A stretch of 41,960 nucleotides of DNA, from NCBI GenBank assembly GCA_014728035.1, contig WJMJ01000072.1, positions 1 through 41,960 of the forward strand, given 5' to 3'. The notes below the pieces were generated by a model. That model did not search any database, had not been told where the DNA came from, and saw only the letters and a program-made list of their open reading frames with translations. The position numbers and the translations under genes are program-made. How positions within the stretch are numbered: position 1 is the stretch's first letter; the number at the start of each line of letters is the position of its first letter. Source of the DNA: Promethearchaeota archaeon (GTDB lineage: Archaea > Asgardarchaeota > Thorarchaeia > Thorarchaeales > Thorarchaeaceae). Of this stretch, positions 27,453 through 36,431 are shown in pieces.

Positions 27453-29522
27453 TTGTTGTTTCCAATTATTGAGCTATATTTTCCAGCATTAATTCTGATT
27501 CCGATGGCTAATGCCTTTGTAGTGATGTTCTTTCTTGAACGCTATCCAACACTGGGAGATAATTCAGTTCTATCCTTTCTAATCCTTAATCGAAAACTCC
27601 TGTCCACGATTCTTACCTGGGGACTTGTTTTGTCTGGGTTGGGGCTTTATTATTTGGGAAATGCAATAGCCATAGAACTACTCGTATATCCAGCATATAT
27701 TGCAATTCAGCTTGGATTCACTTTCGCTTTTGGATACTTCGGACTCGGTCTAGGTGTACTATTATGCTTGGTATATTTCCGAGGTGTTTCTGTGGCAATG
27801 CTGGTCCTCTTAGGTCTAATCTCACTAGGACTTCTTCCGCTCTATTTTGATGTGGTTGGATTGATTTTTGATGATTTTAGTACATTTTCTTTCTTCTTCC
27901 TCTTCTTTGTTGTTCGACCAAGTCTTGGTGAAAATTTCTGCTCACCAGCAAGAATTTTGGGTATTGAAAAACCTGACAAGGAACTGAAGAAGAAATATAT
28001 GATTAGTTTCATGGCTCTCTTTCTTCTTCGATGTTTGAAACGTCTGCAGGCACGGATTGAATCCGACTCCACTCTTATTGCAAAACAAGCCTATGAAAGG
28101 TTATTCAGTCAACCAGGAATCAGGGGTGATTTCATTCGTCATGTGGCTGAGAAACAGAGTGATGACTTTGCAAAAGATGAGGTTCTGAAGACGGGGTTGA
28201 ATGTTACCGAAATCAAACGATTTCAGAGGATGCATCCACAGGGATCTTGGACTATGACTGATACCGAATTTAATCGTTACTGCTGGCGTAATAGGATTGG
28301 ATATGTAGTTTTAGTGGTTCTGAGCTTGATACTCATCGTGATTCGACAGTCTGGTCCTCCTACTCCCTTCACAATTTGGTCAGTTGGATTGTACAGCGGA
28401 GTAATAATTGTGTCCATTCCAATGGCTTTGTTTGATAATTTCTTTACAGGACAGCGTCACACTGTTGATTACATTGTCAATAAAATCATGTCAACTTTTG
28501 ACTATTTTGAGGAATACCTCATTGATGGGACATACAAGTTACTGGAGGATGATTCTCCTTCTAGTGAACTTGATTTCTCTGACCCGCCACTTGAATCACA
28601 AAGTGTAGACCTCGATCGTATAATTACAAGAAGTTCTGGGCATATCCGGGACTTCCTTATTCGTATTCAGAAGGATAAGTATTATCTTCACGAAGAGGAT
28701 ATGTACCCAATCTATGTTGGTGCAGCTGGATTTCTGCTTGCATTCCCTTCTCTGATAATCTTTTTAATCACTTCATCACTACAAACCAATTTCAATCCGT
28801 TCTTGATTTATCCCCTTATCATTGGAATTCCTCTCATTATTCTTGGAGTTCTCTCTTGGGTATATATGACTAGAAAACGTAGTTTTCACGGAGTTCCTCA
28901 TCATTGGCTATCCGTTGGTCTTTCATATCTCGATGCTCGAGAGGCAGGAGTTGAAGATGTTGGCAACTTGATGTTTGATGGACCAAGACAGTATGTTTTA
29001 TTCTCTACCGCTGGTCCTAATTCTGCAAAGATGATTTTCAGTAATCTGTCAGAACTGATTACTGAAGCGGATATTGAGACAATAAAGACCAGTCTTGAGC
29101 AACAAATTGCAATGAATAAGAGGGTTGGTCCAATGCTTGGTTTTGTATGCTTACTTCCTTTTGTCTTATTCTTCTTTACTCCCGTATTTCAGTTCATTGC
29201 GATTCCCTTCGCTGGATTAATGCTGCTCTGTTTTGTTGCAATGGCAATTGATCATTTTCGAAAGACTCGTAGACTATCTCTATTGAGTGCTATAACTCAA
29301 CCCAATCTTGATATCGACTTGGGTTCATCTTATGACCAATTTCAACAAATCCTTGACCTTCTAGATGCTACCTATGATTATCCGCTCCGTCTGATGGTAC
29401 TCCGCAATCATCCTGAGTTACTCTATACGGGACGGAAATTCAGAACTACAGCTGATCATATTCTTCGCGAAGCGGTATTTGTACCTCGACGCTACAGACA
29501 TGAAAGCGGAGATTACTTTTGA
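27453..29522 (+). CDS. Hypothetical polytopic membrane protein
   Basis: 689-aa ORF with alternating TM bundles and soluble segments; paralogous to 31828-32967. Confidence 0.8.
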   Translation: MLFPIIELYFPALILIPMANAFVVMFFLERYPTLGDNSVLSFLILNRKLLSTILTWGLVLSGLGLYYLGNAIAIELLVYPAYIAIQLGFTFAFGYFGLGLGVLLCLVYFRGVSVAMLVLLGLISLGLLPLYFDVVGLIFDDFSTFSFFFLFFVVRPSLGENFCSPARILGIEKPDKELKKKYMISFMALFLLRCLKRLQARIESDSTLIAKQAYERLFSQPGIRGDFIRHVAEKQSDDFAKDEVLKTGLNVTEIKRFQRMHPQGSWTMTDTEFNRYCWRNRIGYVVLVVLSLILIVIRQSGPPTPFTIWSVGLYSGVIIVSIPMALFDNFFTGQRHTVDYIVNKIMSTFDYFEEYLIDGTYKLLEDDSPSSELDFSDPPLESQSVDLDRIITRSSGHIRDFLIRIQKDKYYLHEEDMYPIYVGAAGFLLAFPSLIIFLITSSLQTNFNPFLIYPLIIGIPLIILGVLSWVYMTRKRSFHGVPHHWLSVGLSYLDAREAGVEDVGNLMFDGPRQYVLFSTAGPNSAKMIFSNLSELITEADIETIKTSLEQQIAMNKRVGPMLGFVCLLPFVLFFFTPVFQFIAIPFAGLMLLCFVAMAIDHFRKTRRLSLLSAITQPNLDIDLGSSYDQFQQILDLLDATYDYPLRLMVLRNHPELLYTGRKFRTTADHILREAVFVPRRYRHESGDYF

Positions 29523-29715
29523 AAGACTGATTCGAATTTCTAGTAAAGTCGGTGACCGCATCAAGTTGTTTTATGACCATATCAAATGTCTATTCAGCTT
29601 TTTCGAACATCAGTTCAGGACTGATGTCCCACGTCATCTGCCGAATTATTCTTTGGTCGCTCATATCTTTCATTTGAGAAAAATATTCTATTTGAGCAGC
29701 TCCAGTTCGGTATTA

Positions 29716-31662
29716 TCATGCTCCGACTCCTGTGAAAACCGAGTTCGTCTTCTGTTCCAAAATCTGAATCGAGTCTTTGTCCAATTCTTTACTAGCAGTT
29801 ACCAGATATTGCCATATTTGCTGATAACGTTTCAAAAACTCAATGAAGGTATTCAACTTCTGTGTTGAAGAGTAGGAATCGCCTTTGAACATATAACAGA
29901 ATAGTAATCCCTCCACCTGCTTCATGATAAGAGTGTAATCACTGTGTTTGATTCTCTCGACTATTCCTGAAACTTCCAAGCTTTCTTGTAGAAAACTATT
30001 GATTGCTGTTATGAATGCTCCAACCACCATCTCATTTGTCTTATCCTCGGGAATGAATTTCTTGGTGTAGACACTCAGACCACGTTCTACTGCGATTATC
30101 AGGAGCATAACTGGGTCTTCTGTTTCCATATCTGCCATATCAACAAGCTGCCGTCTGAGCATCATAGTGACTGCATCATCTATGTTAGCTAATCGTATCC
30201 GTTCTTCAAGAGTTGCGTCATTTGACTTTAATAGCGTCCATCTGGACATTTGATTATCTACAACTTTCTCTTCTTCTCGAATAATATCTATGTATTTGGT
30301 CAGTCCGTGATTTTCTGCAATCTCTCTAGCTTTCTCAAGTGTTGTTTTTGCAAGTTCGGGTTTCAATTCAATGAGATGGATTTTTGCCTCGATAATCTTA
30401 GCCTTCAAAAGAGTTGGATATGCGTTTTGTTCGTGTGCTAATCTTTTAAGTTTCGATACAATTTCGATAATTTCTTTTAATACTTCAGAGCTTTGGCTGA
30501 CTTTAAGTTCCAGAAGTAGTAGGTCGCAAAGGTGAAACATCGCGTATATCTTTCTTTCATAGATGGTCTTTTCATCTCTGATTATACGTTCTAGCATCTC
30601 TTGAGACCTCGCATGATCCACGATTCTCGAACTCTGTTTCAACATAATTGCGCTAGCTAAGCTTGCTTGAGAGATGATATCTTGCATATCGTATTCTTCT
30701 GCTAGTTTCTTCAATTTATCCAAATATTTGATAGCTTTTTCCTTCCAGTTGTTTTCAATGGCTAGGATGGTCATTTCATATAGACTGAAAGCTGTCTTTT
30801 GTGGATCATGACATTCTTCAGCTAGACTGGTTGCTTCCTTGTAGAGTTCTAAGGCTTCGTCTGGTTTCCCTAAATCCGCCATCACACTTGCTATATTCAT
30901 GAGACTGACTGATTGTTTGATTTTCCTTCCCTGCATTTTATTCAATTCGAGACCTTGTTCAAAATAATGAAGTGCAAAAGGCAAATCGCCTCTGAGTCGA
31001 TGGACTTCCGCAATGTTGTTCAGTGCAGTTGACACTCCACCACTCGCATCGATTCGTTCTGAAATCATAAGACACTCATGGAAATAATCCAGCGCTCTCT
31101 CAAGATTTCCTTGCATCATATAGACTATACCAAGGATATTCAATGCGGGTCCAGTCCGATTTTCTTTTCCTATGTCTTTATGTAATCGCAAACTCTCTTC
31201 AAGATGATTGACGGATTGATTCCATTCTCTTGCAATATAGTACACAAGACCGAGTCCAAAGAGAATTTCAGCTTCAAGCAATTGTTTAGTTCGGGAACAA
31301 GATATCTCGACCAGATCTTCAAGAGCTCGCTTCAGTTCAAGAAGTGCACTGTCCACTTGCCCAATTTTTAGAAGCGCTCTTGCTCTGTTTGTAATTATTT
31401 CTAGGCGAAGGTCTGGATTCTGGGTGACTAGAGGATGAGTCTCAAGTTTTTCAAGTTGTTTAATAGTCTTCTTGAACTTTCCCAGTTTGATTGCAATCTT
31501 TTCTCGTAGAATTGATATTTTAAGAATATCCTTTTTCTCAAGCTCTTTCTCTTCGAGCTCGTCAAGTTCTTTTATTGCCTCATAAGGGTCTCCATAGTAA
31601 ACTAAGTCATGCGCCCTCTCAAATCTCTCCTCCATGCATTCATGAAAATCTTCTCGACTCAC
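29716..31662 (-). CDS. TPR-repeat protein with C-terminal longin-like domain
   Basis: MalT/TPR_12-type repeats (ALNILGIVYMMQGNLERALDYF, ALNNIAEVHRLRGD). C-terminal EDPVMLLII..GLSVY..F....NEMVVGAFITAINSFLQE...VERIKHSDYTLIM....LLFCYMFKG. Confidence 0.88.
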   Translation of the reverse strand: MSREDFHECMEERFERAHDLVYYGDPYEAIKELDELEEKELEKKDILKISILREKIAIKLGKFKKTIKQLEKLETHPLVTQNPDLRLEIITNRARALLKIGQVDSALLELKRALEDLVEISCSRTKQLLEAEILFGLGLVYYIAREWNQSVNHLEESLRLHKDIGKENRTGPALNILGIVYMMQGNLERALDYFHECLMISERIDASGGVSTALNNIAEVHRLRGDLPFALHYFEQGLELNKMQGRKIKQSVSLMNIASVMADLGKPDEALELYKEATSLAEECHDPQKTAFSLYEMTILAIENNWKEKAIKYLDKLKKLAEEYDMQDIISQASLASAIMLKQSSRIVDHARSQEMLERIIRDEKTIYERKIYAMFHLCDLLLLELKVSQSSEVLKEIIEIVSKLKRLAHEQNAYPTLLKAKIIEAKIHLIELKPELAKTTLEKAREIAENHGLTKYIDIIREEEKVVDNQMSRWTLLKSNDATLEERIRLANIDDAVTMMLRRQLVDMADMETEDPVMLLIIAVERGLSVYTKKFIPEDKTNEMVVGAFITAINSFLQESLEVSGIVERIKHSDYTLIMKQVEGLLFCYMFKGDSYSSTQKLNTFIEFLKRYQQIWQYLVTASKELDKDSIQILEQKTNSVFTGVGA

Positions 31663-31827
31663 GGAGACCGCATCCTGTTTCTATTTCTGCAACATCCTCT
31701 TGAAGTTCCAATAATTATATTGTCATTTGAATCTATAATTGTAATGGAATGTCTATTGATTGTTAGAACAAATAAGGTGTTTTAGAAAGATTCCAAATCT
31801 TTATGCATTCTGAGGCTAAATAGGTCC

Positions 31828-32967
31828 ATGGAGCGCCCATTAATGTTTGAGTTAGCAAAGATATTGTTTCCATTCATTCTCCTTATTTCGATATGCTTCT
31901 CTTTTCTACTAAAGACTGCTATTCATCTAAAGCCAAAAATAGGAATAACAAGTCCTATTCTATTTATTAAACAGAGAGGAATCGTCATCTATAATTTGTT
32001 CTGTGCGGTTTCATATTGTCTGTTTTGTGTATTCTATATAATTGCCGTGTTCGACCCCACACTTGCTCTACTCTTCTTTCCGACCTTGGGCGAAATAGTC
32101 ATTATCACACTAGCTACCTCTGTGGGAATCTTAATTGGGCTAATCATATTCAAAATGTATATACGAGGAACCGCTTATGCACTTATTGCATCCGCTGTTT
32201 TACTCTCAATTAGCATCATTCCTTCTTATACTGTTATTATGGACTATTATTATATTGTACTCGCTGTTGTTGGCATCCTCTGGGTCTATGTAACGTTCCC
32301 TTATTCAATAGACAGATCTCCAAAAATCTTGAAAAATATCTTACATCCAATGCATGAAGCAAAAGTAAAGTATGGATCTGAATTTCCTTCGATTTATATC
32401 CGAGTATGTCTGGACATCCTGCAGCGTCGAATTTCTACATCTGGAGATAGAATTGCGGATGTAGTTTATGCAAGACTTGTCAGAGTGCCTGGAAGAGTAG
32501 GAAACCTATTTCGAGCTGTTGCTGAAAATTCCTCATTGGCTTGCGAATCTACCGAAATCGAACAAATATCCAACGGTGGTCATCAAGCTACTTTTCAGGA
32601 TGAAGAAATTCAACATGAATTTTCTTATATTTTCAAGATGAGTTGGAGTCTCATCGAATCAGAATTTGTCAAAAAGACCAAGTTGAACCGTATTATTTAT
32701 GCTTTAACCATCATAATTCTCCTCTCATTCGTCTTTCTTCAAATCCTTTTCTTGCCTAACATCATCTCTGTCTTCATACTATTTGCCTATGTTATTCTGG
32801 TAATGATATCTTTCCCCTTGGTACTCCTAGATCCTTATCTTACAGGTACTAGAAAAGATGCGAAATATATCCAGAAAGAGATTCTATCCGAATTTGTTGG
32901 TTCTAGAGACTATCTTCCTTTTCCTGGTTTGGACACTCTTGAACCACTCTTTCAACATGACGATTAG
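31828..32967 (+). CDS. Hypothetical membrane protein, shorter paralog of 27453-29522
   Basis: Shares CL..LQ.RI...IA...Y.RL...PG..G...R.VAE and W....EF......RI.Y blocks with 27453-29522. Confidence 0.72.
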   Translation: MERPLMFELAKILFPFILLISICFSFLLKTAIHLKPKIGITSPILFIKQRGIVIYNLFCAVSYCLFCVFYIIAVFDPTLALLFFPTLGEIVIITLATSVGILIGLIIFKMYIRGTAYALIASAVLLSISIIPSYTVIMDYYYIVLAVVGILWVYVTFPYSIDRSPKILKNILHPMHEAKVKYGSEFPSIYIRVCLDILQRRISTSGDRIADVVYARLVRVPGRVGNLFRAVAENSSLACESTEIEQISNGGHQATFQDEEIQHEFSYIFKMSWSLIESEFVKKTKLNRIIYALTIIILLSFVFLQILFLPNIISVFILFAYVILVMISFPLVLLDPYLTGTRKDAKYIQKEILSEFVGSRDYLPFPGLDTLEPLFQHDD

Positions 32968-34163
32968 AAGTCCTCAGTAAACCATGGCATAGTTGGTCTA
33001 AACCATGTGCCAAGAATCTCTACTTTTTCACCTTCAAGCTGTTGTAGTTCTCTGATGGTTGCCAATGGTGCAGTCCCAAGTACTAGACTGGTAAGACCTT
33101 CAATGGATATCTCAGCATGTTCATTTTCGTTTACTCTCTTAACCTGTAATGTCAATCCATCACAACTAAACGAATACACACCTTCATTCCATGGACAAGT
33201 GGCATCTGTAACTTTGAGAAACACGTTTCCCTTAACTCCACTCGGCAGTCCAGTAATCATTCTCTCTACATTGATGATTCTCGCCATAGCGATATTGTAC
33301 GCCTGTACCTTGACATCTCCAATATTGAACCGTCTCGTCCAGTGCCAGTAGTCTTGATCAACAGGATAAACTGGAATTGTAACGGTAACAACTTGGTCAG
33401 AATGATTATGGATAAAGTTCAGCAGCATATTTCTTCCTGTGAGAATACTCCAGTACATGTTCATTCCATGGACATACATCATACCGTTTCTATCATCATC
33501 TCCAAATGCTCCATAGTTTTTGTTACTATACGACATAAAGGCGATGGGTCTTCCCTCGTCTGTAAATGCGAAGACATATTGGATGTCGTCACGCATTGCA
33601 TGCTCTTTCCATCTGGCATCCGACCTGACGACAGTTCCGTGGATTCCGGTGATTGCTTCCCGGTGAACAATTTTAGCGTATTCCAGTCCTTCTTCAAGTG
33701 GCATCATTTTCAGATAATATCCCTCAGGAATCTCCCATCTTCTCATCAGATCCACTCGAAGTTGTATCCGGTGAAATGGTGGCATTGGCACATAGCCAAA
33801 TCGTGCATAGAACTCGTCTTTGAACGGATAGAGCGTGCTGAAACTTACTCCTTCTTCGTTCATGTCCGTGAGCATGAGTTTGACCATCTCTCGTACATGT
33901 CCTTGTCGACGGGTCTCTGGTGCACTGGAGATACTTGCAATTCCTCCCATGGATCGGAGGACTCCTCTGATGTTCTGTTTGAACGGGATTACTCTTCCGT
34001 TTGCTAATACTCTGTCGCCATCCCTAACAGTATAATATTGATCTGTATACTGCTCAAATTTTCTTCCCATCAGATCCTCATATTTCTCAGGTGCATTATA
34101 GGAGTATCTTGCATTTTTGATATATCCATCTTTATCCTCTAATTTTGCACGTCGAATTTGCAT
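32964..34163 (-). CDS. Eis-like GNAT acetyltransferase with C-terminal SCP2-like domain
   Basis: MGGIASISSAPETRRQGH, STLYPF..FYARFGY, MARIINVE, LKVTDATCPWNEG, ISIEGLTSLVLG, terminal WFTEDF. Confidence 0.9.
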   Translation of the reverse strand: MQIRRAKLEDKDGYIKNARYSYNAPEKYEDLMGRKFEQYTDQYYTVRDGDRVLANGRVIPFKQNIRGVLRSMGGIASISSAPETRRQGHVREMVKLMLTDMNEEGVSFSTLYPFKDEFYARFGYVPMPPFHRIQLRVDLMRRWEIPEGYYLKMMPLEEGLEYAKIVHREAITGIHGTVVRSDARWKEHAMRDDIQYVFAFTDEGRPIAFMSYSNKNYGAFGDDDRNGMMYVHGMNMYWSILTGRNMLLNFIHNHSDQVVTVTIPVYPVDQDYWHWTRRFNIGDVKVQAYNIAMARIINVERMITGLPSGVKGNVFLKVTDATCPWNEGVYSFSCDGLTLQVKRVNENEHAEISIEGLTSLVLGTAPLATIRELQQLEGEKVEILGTWFRPTMPWFTEDF

Positions 34164-34310
34164 ATAATCCACAAAGTTTTCAGAACCTTTTCTGACAAAA
34201 GATTACCTATTAAAACAATGGGCACAACTATCAAAGTTCTACTACAGTTTGTGGAACTCCTGAACAGAATGACTAAATAGACTTCTATCTCAAAAGAATC
34301 TCGGTCTGCA

Positions 34311-35894
34311 ATGAAGAAATTACTCATTACCGACACAACTTTACGAGATGCACATCAGTCTCTTATCGCGACCCGAATGCGTACTGAACACATGCTCCCA
34401 ATCTGTGAAAAAATCGATAAGATTGGATACCACTCTCTTGAGATGTGGGGTGGGGCTACTTTTGATAGCATGATGCGGTTCCTTGATGAAGACCCTTGGG
34501 AACGCGTTGAACTGCTCAAAAGTGCTATGCCTAAAACTCCATTCCAGATGCTTCTTCGCGGTTCTAATGTCGTTGGATACAAACAATATCCCGATGACGT
34601 ACTCGAGGCCTTTGTAGAAGAAGCAGTGAAGGTGGGCATTGATATTTTTCGGATTTTTGATGCTCTTAATGATGTTCGAAACATGAAGGCGGCGATGAAG
34701 TTTGTAAATCGGGAGGGAGGTCACACGCAGGCTAGTATCAGTTACACAACATCTCCTGTACATACAATAGAGAAATTCGTAGAGACCGCAAAGGAATTAG
34801 CGGCACTTGATGCAGACTCAATATGTATCAAAGACATGGCGGGGTTGATAACACCTAAAGCTGCAGCTGATCTTGTTACACGTCTGAAAGAAGAGGTTTC
34901 GATACCAATTCAATTGCATTCCCATTATACAAGTGGAATGGCATCCATGGCGTATCTGAAAGCAGCTGAGGTTGGAGTGGATGTTGTAGACTGTGCCATA
35001 TCGTCATTATCCGGAGCGACTTCTCAACCTGCAACAGAATCGATTGTTGAGAGTCTTAAAGGAAGCTCCCGTGATACAAAGCTGAACGTGAACCTGTTGG
35101 CAGACATTGCGTCATATTTCCGAGATATCAGAAGAAAGTATGCTCAATTTGAAGGAAGCTTGCAAGGTGTGAATCCTCAGGTGTTGGTCTTCCAGATTCC
35201 TGGTGGAATGTTATCTAATCTGGACAATCAACTTCGGGAACAGGGAGCACTTGATAGATACGATGAGGTGTTAGAAGAAGTACCACGAGTCAGAGCGGAC
35301 CTTGGTTATCCCCCACTAGTTACACCTTCCAGTCAGATAGTTGGAACGCAGGCTACATTGAATGTTGTCACTGGAGAACGATATAAGATGGTTCCGCACG
35401 AGGTAAAACAATACGTTAGAGGATATTATGGGCGGCCACCAGCACCTATCGACCCGGAGATCAAGAAGCTGATTATTGGAGATGAAGAACCTTTGGATGA
35501 TCGTCCTGCTAGTCTGCTCAAACCAGAACTACCCAAGGCGAAAGAAGCACTCAAGGATATTCCTCATGAACGTCGCGACCTTATTTCTTATGCACTCTTT
35601 CCTCAATATGCTCTGGATTTTCTGAAAAGAAAAGCTGCTAGAACTACCATGGGTGAGATTACTGAAGAACACGAGATTGCTCTTATTGCAGCAGTTCTAC
35701 ATAGTAGCAGACAGGCGGGTGCAGGTGTAGTGAGCACACATGGATTAGGTGGAGCTTGGAGTCAAGGAGCACGCGAAGGACTTCATGACGGCAGAGTAGT
35801 TACTCTTACCGGGCAATGGGAACGAGCATCATCTCGGTGGAGTTCTGTAGGAAGAAAACGATTGATGAAGTCAAGACAACAGGGGGGTCCATAA
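34311..35894 (+). CDS. Pyruvate/oxaloacetate carboxyltransferase (transcarboxylase 5S / PycB / OadA-like) without biotinyl domain, with C-terminal docking-type extension
   Basis: DTTLRDAHQS, EMWGGATFD, FRIFDALND, CIKDMAG, HSH metal motif, QIPGGMLSN, PPLVTPSSQIVG. No AMKM motif. Confidence 0.93.
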   Translation: MKKLLITDTTLRDAHQSLIATRMRTEHMLPICEKIDKIGYHSLEMWGGATFDSMMRFLDEDPWERVELLKSAMPKTPFQMLLRGSNVVGYKQYPDDVLEAFVEEAVKVGIDIFRIFDALNDVRNMKAAMKFVNREGGHTQASISYTTSPVHTIEKFVETAKELAALDADSICIKDMAGLITPKAAADLVTRLKEEVSIPIQLHSHYTSGMASMAYLKAAEVGVDVVDCAISSLSGATSQPATESIVESLKGSSRDTKLNVNLLADIASYFRDIRRKYAQFEGSLQGVNPQVLVFQIPGGMLSNLDNQLREQGALDRYDEVLEEVPRVRADLGYPPLVTPSSQIVGTQATLNVVTGERYKMVPHEVKQYVRGYYGRPPAPIDPEIKKLIIGDEEPLDDRPASLLKPELPKAKEALKDIPHERRDLISYALFPQYALDFLKRKAARTTMGEITEEHEIALIAAVLHSSRQAGAGVVSTHGLGGAWSQGAREGLHDGRVVTLTGQWERASSRWSSVGRKRLMKSRQQGGP

Positions 35895-36418
35895 TGAGTC
35901 CCAAGTACGAAGCATCAATTGATGATAGAATTTACGAGGTTGACGTGAAGACACTTGATGAAGGAGGTCTTCTTATCGTAAAGATAGGAGAACAGAGTTA
36001 TTCAATCAAGACGACACAGAATGAGGATGGGACTTGGACCGCAAATGATACGACTTCCGACTATACCATCGATATTGTGAAACGAACTGGCTCAAAGATT
36101 GAATTGGAAATTAATGGCGAGCAACGTGTATTAGAATGGGGGCGAAAAAGATCCCAAGACACAATAGCTCCGACAACAACCTCGTCGAAAAGTGGTCCAA
36201 AGGAAGAGGGTGGTGTTTACCCACCAATGCCTGGAAAGATTACTGAAGTTCACGTCGAAGTGGGTACCGAAGTTTCAAGTGGTGAAACAGTATGTATCCT
36301 AGAAGCAATGAAGATGTTCAATGAACTCAAATCTCCTAAAGATGGGATTGTGAAAGAAGTTAATATCAAACAAGGTTCAATGGTTACACCTACAGATTTG
36401 CTGATATTGATTGAATGA
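35894..36418 (+). CDS. Biotin carboxyl carrier protein with N-terminal beta-rich domain
   Basis: PMPGKI...LEAMKMFNE biotinylation site. ATG overlaps the upstream stop (TAATG). Confidence 0.93.
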   Translation: MSPKYEASIDDRIYEVDVKTLDEGGLLIVKIGEQSYSIKTTQNEDGTWTANDTTSDYTIDIVKRTGSKIELEINGEQRVLEWGRKRSQDTIAPTTTSSKSGPKEEGGVYPPMPGKITEVHVEVGTEVSSGETVCILEAMKMFNELKSPKDGIVKEVNIKQGSMVTPTDLLILIE

Positions 36419-36431
36419 AGGTCTGATACAA

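Noticed and set aside
29479-29868. 129-aa + strand ORF bridging two genes
   Set aside because: Overlaps both neighbouring CDSs, with no SD or motif.
34311-35894. Na+-pumping oxaloacetate decarboxylase or standard archaeal pyruvate carboxylase
   Set aside because: No membrane beta/gamma subunits or PycA adjacent, and no fused biotinyl domain; such partners could still exist elsewhere in the genome.
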